A stretch of DNA of 64,000 nucleotides, taken from the human T2T-CHM13v2.0 reference genome, Homo sapiens. Shown here piece after piece: positions 29,130-42,846 of the stretch; the first letter of the stretch is position 1, and each line of letters begins with the position of its first letter. Position numbers and translations under genes: made by a program. Below the pieces are notes generated by a model that had not been told where the DNA came from, searched no databases, and worked only from the letters and a program-made list of their open reading frames with translations. Location of the stretch: the NCBI RefSeq assembly GCF_009914755.1, contig NC_060936.1; one strand, given 5' to 3'.

Positions 29130-30047
29130 TTATAATTCTCCGAATGAAACAGTAACCTCTGTGGGCTTTAACCAAATTTTTCCAAATTAAATCTTTCTGA
29201 CACAGTGCCAGTACATCGGAGGTGGTCAATAAAAGTCTTTTCAATGATTAATTAATTGGACAATTGCATAAATCAATCTTCATGTTTGTCAGAATAACGA
29301 GAACACTGAACTAAGTTTAGTTTCTCAATATCTATGTCTATGTGCCACTTTGAAAACCTTAGGAATGTGAAGCTGCTTTCTTATTTATTCATTAATTCAG
29401 TATCCAAAAGTATTTATATACTTTATAAGTTAATCTTTAGAATAACATCAGTGATGGCTCTTCACTGTCAATACTCTAAAGGTGGGATTAGTCACTTCTG
29501 AATATCCATTTTCCCAGGGTTTCTATTTCTTTCTCTACTTTTTTTTTTTGTATGTAGACATAATTGAATTGGAATTTTCTTTTCATACACTACACGAGCG
29601 ATGTTCAACCTCATTTTCCCACACTCCTTTCTATGTAACTTTATTGTACGTAGAACAACTCAAATTAGAGGCCCAGGATTTGTCTTAGATTCTTCCCTTT
29701 CTTTCAATTCCTGTGTCCACTATTTTAACTTATTTTAATCATTTACTTCTATTTCCTGTGCCTCTGTCTTCATTCAGGCCTATATAAAATCCTGCCTGAA
29801 TTTTAGCCATGATTTCCTATTTGATCTGTTTTCAGCCTTGTTAACATCTCCCAACCTCATTTCTTCCTCACTCTTACATATCTAAGGAAAGATCTATCTA
29901 ATCTGAGAAATTAGTATTTCTTCCGAAATTAAATTTTTTTGGTAGTCTCCCATGCAATCAGAATAAATACCAAATTCCTTAGCAAATTGTTATGGCTTTC
30001 TAGATTCTCACTTGGAAAAAAACTAGATGTTAAAATATTATTTTTAG

Positions 30048-30377
<330 letters not shown>

Positions 30378-32089
30378 TTATAATTACCACAATAAATAAG
30401 CATAAGTTGAAACAATTCAAATACCAACTTCCTCAGCTGAGATTTTTTGGAAGAAGCTTGATAGAATCCAAAGAGCTAAAGTCGATACATTATATGAGGT
30501 TGAGGTATTAGGTTTTGGTGATTTATAGAATTCTGTATGTGTATTATGTTGAAGCAAATTTGATTCTTGAGGTTGAAAACTAAAACTAAGGAATGAGGTC
30601 ATATATACATATATATGACCACATTTTGCATGGAAGTCTGCTGTTAAAATAACTATAACATAAATAGAATAGTCTACAAACATCTTACATGAAATTATTA
30701 AAATTTTCTTAGCTGTGTATTGATGAAGGCATAGAGAGGAGATACAAATACATTTTAACTCTCATTCTAATTCCTGTTGAACAATAAGGGCTGTTTGAAT
30801 CCTTTGCAAGGATTATGAGGCTACCATAGGAATTAGTAGAAAAAAAATGTTCCATGATTGATTAGTGATGTCTGTAATGGATGTGGGAGTGGCTAATTAT
30901 AAATTATGTTCCACATTTATTAGCCCTGAATAAAACATTGCTAAAAATTTTAAATGATAATATTTGCTTGTAAGACTATGAGAATAGTTGCTTAAATACT
31001 ATAATTATTTTAACATTTAAAATTGTTTTGTTTACTCTTGATTTCTATGTAAAGTAGATTGAAGTTTTTAAATATTATTTCTCTGTCAAATGGTATATTT
31101 TGAAATTAGATTTGTTTGATACTTGAAGAGATCATATTCTGTATACAGATTCTATAATATCTTGGAAATCTTCACAAATCTATGGAGCAATAAAAATACT
31201 TCAATTGATATTTGATACAGACAATATGGTACAAGAGAACGGAGTACAGCTTATGGAATGTTAACAAATTTAAGTTCAAATTTCAGCACTTTAATTTACA
31301 AAATGTATAAAATGCACATGAGTTAACATTAAAAGACTTAATTTTCATATTTGTCAGTTGGTTGTATAGTATAACCTTTGCAGGACTGTTGTGAGGATTG
31401 AGTAAGATAAATTGCTGCCAGTTATTAAGGATGTAATAATGACTAGTGTCTTTCTGTTCCCTCCTTTAACATACTTCTGATAATTCTATTCTTGGAACAA
31501 TTTCCCTTGTTTAGAAGGTAGAGATATAACATGCCATCATTTGAAAATGCCACCCAGTAAATGTCAATCAATTGTTTAGTTACTGAACACATACCAGCCC
31601 CATTATAGGAACTAAGAATGAAAAAAAAAATTAACATAACATAATTCCTGCCCTGGAGAACAACGCAGTCTGTTTAGGAGACAGATACTTAACCTGATTA
31701 ATTACTGCACCATCAAGATACAGTATTCAAGACATATCGAGATATTCAGAGAGGGGATTCTGAAGTTTAGGATTGAGATTGGGGTTTGAAATATACATTT
31801 GCTATACAAGAAGGAAGGAGTCGATTATATCTGGGATTATAATTTTTAGAATATTTATGGTAACAGCGTAAAATTTTGTGGGTGGTGACAGTGAGTGAAC
31901 CTGTATTTGGGAAGCAGTAGTAATAGCTGCAGATGTGGCTGTTGTGTCAGGAACGCTAAAATGATGAAGTCTGTAAGAAGGAGGCTGCTGACATCTAAAG
32001 AGGCATGGCTTGAGATTTTGGAATATGCTGTTTGACTTTAGAAACTGTGAGTATTCTCCTTCCAAGGAGACATCTGTGGATATTCTGTA

Positions 32090-32258
32090 GCACACAGTAT
32101 CTCCAATGTTATTATGCATAGGAATCACCTGCGGATTCTGTTTAAATGAAGATTCAAATTCAGTAAGTCTGAGATGGGATCTGAGGTTCTATATTTCTAA
32201 CAAGCCCCAGGTGATGTCAGTGTTGTTGGTCTACAGACCACATTTTGAGTAGTGAGGC
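32090..32258. mobile_element. MER5 (MER5B-like) DNA transposon MITE
   Basis: gaatcacctgcggattctgtttaaatgaagattc ... tttctaacaagccccaggtgatg ... accacattttgagtagtgagg. Confidence 0.75.
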
Positions 32259-34060
32259 TGTAGTGATTAGTAAAAATGTGTAACCACAGATTCGGCCCTG
32301 TTTACCTTAAAAAGCTTTCTTTCCTTACAATAAATGGATTTTATAACTCCACATGAGGATTTACACTGAAGCTGAAATAGGAAGCTCTGGCAGTTTGGAT
32401 CCTGCTGTGTTTTGATCACCAGAAGAATTCCATACTTTAAAAATAGTTGACTGTGTATAGTTTTCTCTTCTTCCCTTCCATGCTTGAGAAAAATAAAAAG
32501 CAGCCCCTTGATATTCCAGTTTACTAGAAAGATGATCACATACTTCTTTTAGTAGGATCCACAATGAGCCTCAAAATGTTTACTTCTTTTGTGCTTCTGT
32601 TTCTGACATCTTTTGCCCACCATAAACAGTAGGAGCCTGATCATACAGGATTTCAGAAAAAAATGCACTCTTCAATTCAGACATCTAAAAACCCTTATTT
32701 TACTGCTTTTCTGACTCAGTTTATTTTCCCCCATTGCCTGAGAGCTGTGTCTACATGTCACCTGTGTCTGTTTTACTAGGACTCGGCAAGTTGGCTGTGC
32801 TTACTCACCTGGTTTGTTACTAATATGTTATAAACTTGAAACCTGGGAAATGGTATTACAAGCACTGTGGAGGATAAAATGCTTTTCTGCTGTCCAGTGA
32901 GGCATAGACAATAATGTTAAGAAAAATAAAGGAGCTATTGAGAAAGATTTTGAGTTACATCAAACAAGTAATGAGAGAAATGGGGAGAGATTGATCATGT
33001 GAAAATTTGAAAGAAAAATAATGAGAGAAAAGTAGAGGCATATTGAACCACAAGATTTGATATTTCTGTCCTCCCTCTATTACTAGTGATTTTTAAGATT
33101 ACAGTAATAGCTTATTTTTTAGATAACATTGCAAACGTTCAACTAAGCCTTTCTTGCTCTCTTTTAGACCTCTTTTCAGGTGAAAAGACAAAAACAAGGA
33201 GAGGCAACAGACGTTTAAGAGTAGTAGAAGGACATAAAAACGGGATGGCAGTAATACTATAATTAGAACCAGCAATTAACAAATGTCTCACTAACTTACA
33301 CATACATACGTGTGTACAGTGCCTTTACCTTTGCATGGTATTTCATAAACATTAGGTATTAGGCCAAACCAAACTGTTTGCCCATTGGGCTTCCTATGGA
33401 AGCTAAAGAGCTAGCTAAAACCAACCAACCAACCAAACAAACAAACAAACAAAAATAAATTGGTCTTCCAAGGAGTCCAAGTTCTTGATCTATAAACATC
33501 TGAGAGTGGTAGACACTTATGTAGCAACAGGCCAGTGACTTTTGACTAGGTGCCTCTTAGAAATGCAGCTGGTACAATGTATTCTGTTAGTAGTTGAGAT
33601 CATGAAAAATAAAGGACAAAAATCATGAAATTGATAAGACCAGTGGGTTAATTGGTGAAATAACATTTATTCTCTATACTGGAAAATAGATCCATGGAAT
33701 GGTGAAGTTGCCTTATAAATAAATCAAACATAAAGAATATTCTTTTTGACATACTAAGCATTTGTGGCAGTTATACTTGGCAGATAAATTACTTTCTAAA
33801 GGGTAATATAAATAAGAATAGTTCTTATTCTGCTTTTTTAAAACATACTAAATTCCATTTAAATTTCTCATGGACCCATCAATCTGACTTAAGCATTATC
33901 ACCTCACAATTTACCTTTTTTAAAATGAGTATCCAACCATTCCAAGCTCCTAATTCCACTATTGATTATTTCAAATCAGCTATTCACCTCAATTTATTTA
34001 AAACAAATTAAGTATATATCTGTGAAAGATAGAGTTTATTTTTAATATGCTTCCAATGTT

Positions 34061-34483
34061 ATTCAACCTTGTAAATGACTGTGAAACTTCAGGGAAACTG
34101 ACATGATGAAAGATCATTTTCTTAAAAAGTTTAAAATGTAAAAGAAGAGTATGAGATGACAGTCATTAGTTCCTTTAGTAAACTCTTCTAATTTGCTTTT
34201 TTCAATCTAAATATTATTTCGAAAGCCAAATGATTAAATAATCTGGTTTCTGTCTAATAAGTTATTGCTGATCTCTAGTACTAAATTGTTTTCAAGGAAG
34301 TCAATAAAAGATGTTTTGTCTTGGGGAAGATCTATATAAAAACAGAAATTAAAGTGGGCTTAAGTTCTTCATAAACAACTTAACAAATACTAATGACAAT
34401 TTCTGGGCATTCTTGAATTACATTTCTCAATGATTTTTTAAATCAAAATCTTTGTTCAAAGGCACACAAGAAAGCATGATTTA
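34061..34483. repeat. Left arm (423 bp) of a near-perfect inverted duplication
   Basis: Reverse complement of 38435-38868. I found no substitutions by eye, only one 11-bp indel. Confidence 0.97.
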
Positions 34484-34987
34484 GTCTAGGTCCTGCTCTC
34501 TGTTGCACAGAAAGCCAATCACTAAAATAACAAGAATTGCCTAGGGAGAAGGCTTTACTCAGTTGCTGCAGCTGACAAGAATGGGAGATCAGTCTCAAAT
34601 TCACCTCCCCAATTAACTAAAACTGGGGGTTTATATAGTGGGGAAGGCATGTGGCTACATGCAGAAAAGCAGGAATTAGGGAAAGGTAAGGAAGAAAAGT
34701 TGGTCAACAGGAAATAGGTCATCTGTTAGGAAAACAGGAATTAGCAATGAGTAAGAAAGTAATCCTGACAAATGAAGGACCTGACATCTCATTGTCTAGT
34801 TGTGGCAATCTGGTAAGTTTCAGTTCATTGATACTATCTAAGAGGCCTGATGGTCAGTTTCCTGAGAAAAGGAACTCAGATAAAACAAATGTAAGTTTCT
34901 CAGATTTTAAAACTGTGAGGATCAATTTCTATGTTTATTCGAAAGAAACTATAACATCAGTTTTATGGGACATTTAGGCCAGTTTCA
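34484..34987 (-). mobile_element. Second MER66-like solo LTR, terminus interrupted by the inverted duplication
   Basis: Homologous to 23781-24266 from gtctaggtcctgct to ccagtttca, but lacks the first ~24 bp at this position. Confidence 0.8.
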
Positions 34988-35029
34988 ACAATTCAAAATA
35001 ATTATCACACTTTAAAAATTAATATTAAT

Positions 35030-35270
35030 TGCTTAGTTTCATTTAACATCCTTGTGTTAAAATTTTCTCATTTTCTCATAAAGTTTAACAGTTGTTTATT
35101 TGAGTCAGAATTCAAATAAGCTTCTGTACATTACAATTGGTTTTAAGTTCTTATAAGACTCTATAGGTTTTCCCTTCATAATTTTTCTTGCAATTTATTT
35201 GTTAAAGAAATTGGGTCATTTGTCCTATTGAGTGCTCCACTGTCTGTTTTTATTATTGTATTTCTGTAAT
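35030..35270 (-). mobile_element. Old L1M (L1MC/ME-like) 3' fragment
   Basis: ttgtttatttgagtcagaattcaaataag ... tttgttaaagaaattgggtcatttgtcctat. Confidence 0.5.
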
Positions 35271-35384
35271 ATAGATCTTTGAAAAATTGTCTCTATTAAT
35301 TGTGTTAATAATACACTTGCTGTTACAACACTTATGGTGCTGGTTTGGTGACACATGACATATTACATTTTCAAAATGTATTAG

Positions 35385-35694
<310 letters not shown>

Positions 35695-36120
35695 TAGTTT
35701 TATTTTTTAAGAGACAAGAGTAGGCAAATTTCCAATATCTATGATAGTATTGGTACATTTGATGAAGAGATTGCTTTGAAGAAATTTCATTATGTTTATA
35801 CATTTAAATAACTAAAGTTAAATTAAATGTTTTCATTACATAAAAGGGTACAAAGCATAGTTATGAAAGCTTAGAGATTTAATATGTGTCTAGAAGGTGA
35901 TAAAATGTTGCATAGACTTGGTGTAATTTAAGGTGATACTTGAAAAATGGTTAGAATTTGGTATAATAGACACAGGTAGGGGGTATTCCCATAGGAGTTA
36001 TAGCATGAGTAAAGGCACAGAAAAATAGAAAAGTACAAGTGAGATAAAAACCCCTCTTGTCTTTTATCCTGTGACAAAGATAGTAGAACATAAACACAGA
36101 AACATAAGAATATTTTATAA

Positions 36121-36436
<316 letters not shown>

Positions 36437-38434
36437 TTACTTTGAGTCTTCACTAATCAGCTGCATGTTTTAGAAAATTTATTGTATGTCTTTGACCTTT
36501 GCTTCCTTCACCTATAATTTCACTTATCTATTTGAGAATAATATCAAGACACAAGCCTAGATACATTCATTTCAATTCAAATATTCGATTCTGAAGTATG
36601 AATTAGATAAGCAATACAACATTTGAATTTCTCTAGGTCAGAGGTATCGTGGGAAGTATTCAAGGCTTGAGTTAGCATGATAAACATCGGAATTGATGGA
36701 AAACATAGGTACAAATGGAATTATAGATATTTAATTAGTATGACTAGGTATTGATTTCTCCTCTGTAATAATTGAAAGGGAAATGGAAAGAGTCAGCTGT
36801 TGAGATTTTCAGCCTATATTATTAGGAAAATTGTGGTCCTCTGGATAGAAATAAAGAAATTTAAGTAAGGAGTTTATTGAGAGCTGGAGAATAAAAGAAG
36901 GAGAATGGAGAGTTTGATGTGGTGAGTTTGAAGCTCACGTAAATGGACAAGTCTTTCATTCAGTTGGTGCCGATGGATGGGAATATGAACAGAGGTTAAT
37001 TTAAGGAGTAGAATATTAGTTTAAATCTTAGTAGCAAGTGAATTACTAAGTAAACAATGCATAAAATATTTGAGGAAAGAGGATATACTCTTGAGGGAAA
37101 AATATCATGCCTTTAAGAGATGTGGAAACAAGCACCCCAAAAAGGAAAGAGAAAATGGGACAAAAATGATGGTGAACTAATTGGGTCAGCTTACTGGAAT
37201 GCCATAATGCCTGGTCTATGAATAGGAGAGGCTCAAAAAGAGGCAGGGACCAACATGGTCAAATACAAAGACTTTAGAACACAGTGAGCATTGAAGAAAA
37301 CAAGATAGCAGCTTCACCAGTGCAAGAAAGCAGAACAGAAGCTGCCTTTCAAGGGATTACAGTGAGAGGGTTTGGTGTAAGAATTCAGGTTCAAAGTACA
37401 GTATCCTTATATAATAATTCAGAAAACACACATGGACCATAAAATGAAATTGATTTTGGCCAAATCATTCAAACTTTATGGACTTTGTTGTTTATCCAGT
37501 TCTGTGCTAAGATTTATATTATGGCACGTCTTTAAAATAATGAGGTGGGGGGACCAGTAAGGTGGCTTCAACTCACTAAAAGAAAATATATTGTTTCATT
37601 GTCATCTATTTTGCTAATATTTGTGTTCAATTTAGAGAAAGTAGGGTAGACATAGTGGTAAACAGTTCTCTTACTCTTGAATTGACAAGTAGACTGAGAA
37701 TTTCACAAAAGGCTTTTCCTCACTTTGAGTGTTTTTATTCTTTAATTTTCAAAATGCTATTTCACTGAATTGAGACAGTTTGGTTTTTATTTCTGAATTA
37801 CTTTCTGATATTATTATTACTGAGGTAGTTTAGCTAGTTGTGGCCAGTTGTTTTGGTGCTCAGTGTAGTTAGAATACAGATTGCATTATACACAAATAAC
37901 AATTTATCACATGCCAAATGTGCTCTGTGAATCTGAAAAGCTCCCTTTATATGAGGGTATATTTCCCTCAAGCCAGGCAATTTTAAGGACCTGCAAGCTC
38001 CCACCACCAACTAGCTCAGTGTAGTAAAAGTTAATTTAGTAAACACATCATCATCCTAAGTAATCCTTTTCCTTGACTAAAATACCCTCTGCTTGGCAGA
38101 GAAGCAATTGGATCAACTACATCAGGACTCCAAGTGATCCCACCCTGATTCCAACACCCCCATGTTGTTCTTGTTTCCTTGGAGGCCTTGAAAACTGTGC
38201 ATGCACAGCAACCGGATTCATGTTGAGCCATTCCAATTCATCTGAGAAGCGATTCTCCACTTAGGCATCAACCCATGACCATCACAGGGTGTGTGCACAT
38301 GTCCTGGGTTTATCAGGTCTAACTATATCTTTCAGAATACTGATTCCAGAACTCTTAGGTAACGCAGAGATCAGTTGAACTTAATGTATAAATGTGCATT
38401 TTATATATAAAATATTGCTCTTCAAAATTTGGCT

Positions 38435-38868
38435 TAAATCATGCTTTCTTGTGTGCCTTTGAACAAAGATTTTGATTTAAAAAATCATTGAGAAATGTAA
38501 TTCAAGAATGCCCAGAAATTGTCATTAGTATTTGTTAAGTTGTTTATGAAGAACTTAAGCCCACTTTAATTTCTGTTTTTATATAGATCTTCCCCAAGAC
38601 AAAACATCTTTTATTGACTTCCTTGAAAACAATTTAGTACTAGAGATCAGCAATAACTTATTAGACAGAAACCAGATTATTTAATCATTTGGCTTTCGAA
38701 ATAATATTTAGATTGAAAAAAGCAAATTAGAAGAGTTTACTAAAGGAACTAATGACTGTCATCTCATACTCTTCTTTTACATTTTAAACTTTTTAAGAAA
38801 ATGATCTTTCATCATGTCAGTGAAACTTTAGTTTCCCTGAAGTTTCACAGTCATTTACAAGGTTGAAT
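38435..38868. repeat. Right arm (434 bp) of the inverted duplication
   Basis: Reverse complement of 34061-34483 plus an extra tgaaactttag at about 38821-38831. Confidence 0.97.
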
Positions 38869-39173
38869 TTTTTTATATGATGAAATAATAGTATTTTTAA
38901 AATATTAATAATATTACATGGCCATAATTGTAAAGTCAGTGATAACACATTTTATGACAAGGTGTGCACTGCATTATTTCATAGTACATTCATAATCAAA
39001 GGTCATGTTGGACATACAACATTACCATAATTTTCTAATTAATTTGTTCTTTATACATGTTTATACGTGTTCCAATTGCATTTCATTAATTCATAGTTTT
39101 CTTGTAAGTTTGTGCTTTCCTTCCATGTTCAAAGAATCTCTTTAATTCAATTTCTCTGTTTCTCCTCATACAG

Positions 39174-39242
39174 TCTGGCAGCCAGATATGCAACTCAGTC
39201 TAATCACAGTGGAATTGCAACCAGTCAAAAAAAGCCTACTAG
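39174..39242 (+). CDS. NAV3: NAV3 coding exon (69 nt, symmetric phase 2-2; probably exon 6): (S)LAARYATQSNHSGIATSQKKPT(R)
   Basis: Pyrimidine tract tttctctgtttctcctcatacag| and donor CTAG|gtcagt. Open in the frame linking the flanking exons, and the peptide agrees with my recollection of NAV3. Confidence 0.88.
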
Positions 39243-41331
39243 GTCAGTTAATATTCTCTAATTTATTGCTTATTAGTGATATGCAAATAAATACCCAGTG
39301 ATATTTTGTCCTATCTTTTTTTTTTAATGATGCACTTCTGAATGAGAAGTTTAGAGCACTAAATTTTTCCAGGAAGATTTTCACACATAGCCTCAGGGAT
39401 GAGCATGTTTGTACTAGATAATTAAATGGGTTTTGGCATCTTTTTTAGTTTTGTGATATGTAGTGCTATAACTGGGCTTAAGTCTAGGTTCTAGGTTTAG
39501 AATCAATCAAGGAAACCATTACTTTGAATGCCCAATTCCTTCCAAGTCACATAATCTGGAAGTTATACAACAAAATTGTAATTGCTTTTTGAGATGGGCA
39601 TGCATTAATTATTGCACATTTTAATGGAGATTTGAAAAACATTGGCAGATTTTAGTGGGGAAGTTAGTACCAGGTCAGTCTGGACTGTTCTTCTATCTAT
39701 AATAGTTTAATTTTTTTGCTTCTTTATGACACAGGTATAATAAAGACAGCCTGTTATAGTAAATGATAGTGCGTTATATACTGTTTGGAAAATAATGACC
39801 TATAAAAATGTTTTGAAAGAGTTTGATTTTTTAAAAGTGTTAAGTTGCTGAAGGCATGATGGTAGCATGGAACAGCTGAATAAAACCACAGCAAAAGAGT
39901 TTTATACCTCTGATTAGTATGTGATCCTTTGTGTCATCTCACTCACTGGGGAAGTATCCAGCAGTGGTTTATTCATTACTGTTCCATTGATGAATCATAT
40001 TATGAAGTGTTTGACCACAAAGACTGCGTCTGATGCTTTGACTTGAGGTAGGTGTCTTTCCCCTTGCCTTGGCTTTCTAAGTTATATTCATTTCCAGAGT
40101 AGCCAAAATAATTCTCGAAAGACAAATTTTAAAAGGTATTTAATTAAAAACTAGAATAAATGATATAAATTATGATGGGTAAGGAACAGTCACCTGCCAT
40201 GCACAATGAGCATTTTTATTACTCCTTCTAAGACTTGGGCATGTAAAATATTTTTAAGTACTGTATTTTGATAGATCTCTCTCCCTCTCTCTCTCTCCTC
40301 TCTGCTTCATCTCATTTCCCTTTTTATTACTTTGATGAATAATCTGAAGGCCTGCTCTGCCTGCCTGTCAAATTAGGGTAATGAGAAGAGCAAATGTATT
40401 TTTACATTTGTTTTAATTTGTTCTTCTAAGGACTGAAGATCATTTGACTTCATGGGTTGCAGTAAAGATTAAAATGTATTTTAATTATTTTCTGAAACTG
40501 GTCAATTTGCATTACAAGCAGGGCAAGTTTTGTGATAAAATTTGTTTATGTGTGTGAGTTTGGAATGAACTTTCTAAGTCTATGCCTATGTCTACAGAAA
40601 TAGTTCTCAGATTTATTATGATTAGGACACTTGGCCAAATTCATTAGTTGGGTTCCTTCAACAGAGTGCAATCACTGGTCCTGTAAATTCCTAGCATCTG
40701 TCGTTATTATGCTGTACTTACAAACCCTTGTAGATTCTCTTAAGCAAAAGTTAAATGCTGGAATCATTTGGAAAATATTCTAATATTTTGTATGACACAA
40801 TGTCCAATTAGCAAAATAGCTAAAGGGACCAATTATCAGCCATATATATTTAAACATTAAAATATAATTCACATTTTGAAGCTATTAACCGTTCTAAGAA
40901 ATCAACAGTTTTGTTTTTAAGTTAGTATTTGTTTTTTTTCCTGATATTCACTCTATTTTATAATGACTGTTACTATTATAAAAGCACTTATATTTCCTGA
41001 AGGTGGTTTGATTTTCTAATATTCTGTGAAAATGATATAGTCTAGTAGTATTATAAAGGTGAATTAAATGTTGAGCATGTAACAACTGGATTGTGAAATT
41101 TTGGTATATCGGATACTAATATGAGAGACATTAATAATCTTTGCTTTAAAATTTTATAAGATGATTATAAAAAATAGTGCTATATTTGTAGATTTTGAAT
41201 TCTTGTTTTCCTTTCAAATAAAAAATTTCAGAGTAGTACACAGTGACATTCACATGGTGGCAGCAAATACTAAACAAAACTTTCAATATCATATTTTCTA
41301 AATAGATCTTAGACTGTCAGTATTAGTTCTT

Positions 41332-41685
<354 letters not shown>

Positions 41686-42706
41686 CTATAGAATATATGT
41701 CAGTAGTATAAAATCAAAATCTAGTAATTGCACATTTTAGGCACAATCCATTACATAATCGGTCATTGAAATTTTAAAGTGGAAATTGTTTAAGAGTGAA
41801 ATGAATGATCGAAACTGATATTTTAGTTCAAATAAAGCAGCAGTAAGTTACTACCTCCAGTCAAACCACCTCTAATTATAAGATAGTCTGTTCATATTTC
41901 CTCATATCCTGTCCTTCATACACAAAGAGTAGCTAAAGCTATTGTCACTACATGTAAGCATATTTTAAATTGTCATCCAGCTAACAGTGATTTTCTTCTG
42001 AGATCTGCATCCTTTCTTGTCACGTCTCCTCTGTGATCAGTTGGCCAAACTTGTGAGACAACCAGCTAAGTCTGGATGCTTATTTTTGGCAAGAAAATGA
42101 AAAAGGTTTTTTGTGGGGCAGACCAGTGAAATATAATTTAACTCATGACCTGGGTCTTGGTACCATGTTTTCATTAGTGTAGCTAAGTAACTTAGATACT
42201 CAGTGAGCATTAGCTATTCCTTCTTGTTCAGTAACTTTCTTGTGATTAATATCCAAGCAAACTTACTATATAACTACCTACAATAAAAACAAATGCCTTA
42301 CACATTGAAAAGAACAGCTTAATAACTGAAATAGCTGAGGAATATGCTGAGAACATAAAGTTAAGTGTTATTGTTTCCTTTACTTTTCACATAATTGTTA
42401 CAGTACTTTTAAGGCAAAGTTTTATTCATCAGGGATGGGGTGAGTATGACTTTTTTAGTTAAGATTTATTTTAATTATTGTATATTATTACAATTTTGGA
42501 GGGACATGTTCATTGAAAAGGGAAACAAGATTTTTCTGAAGATCTGCAACATTGTGCTTAGCTATTTATTTGTCACATCTATCACCATTTTCTGCTAAAT
42601 AGATTTTAGAACATCATATGTTGTAAATTTCTGACTTTCAGCACCTCCTGCTTCTTACCTTTTTGTAATGTACAATAATGATGTAATTTTTCTTATACTA
42701 TTTCAG

Positions 42707-42846
42707 GCTTCCAGGGCCCTCTAGGGTGCCTGCTGCAGGAAGCAGCAGCAAGGTCCAGGGAGCCTCTAATTTAAATAGGAGAAGTCAGAGCTTTAACAGC
42801 ATTGACAAAAACAAGCCTCCAAATTATGCAAATGGAAACGAAAAAG
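42707..42846 (+). CDS. NAV3: NAV3 coding exon (140 nt; probably exon 7): (R)LPGPSRVPAAGSSSKVQGASNLNRRSQSFNSIDKNKPPNYANGNEK
   Basis: Acceptor ttttcttatactatttcag| and donor AAAG|gtaagt. The RLPGP and NRRSQSFN motifs are shared with NAV2. Phase 2 to phase 1. Confidence 0.95.

Noticed and set aside
33140-33250. Possible recursive-splice site or cryptic exon (pyrimidine tract + CAG|GTGAAA at 33179/33180)
   Set aside because: The reconstituted donor is weak, the intron is only 26.5 kb, and such AG|GT matches occur by chance. It would need saw-tooth or junction reads.
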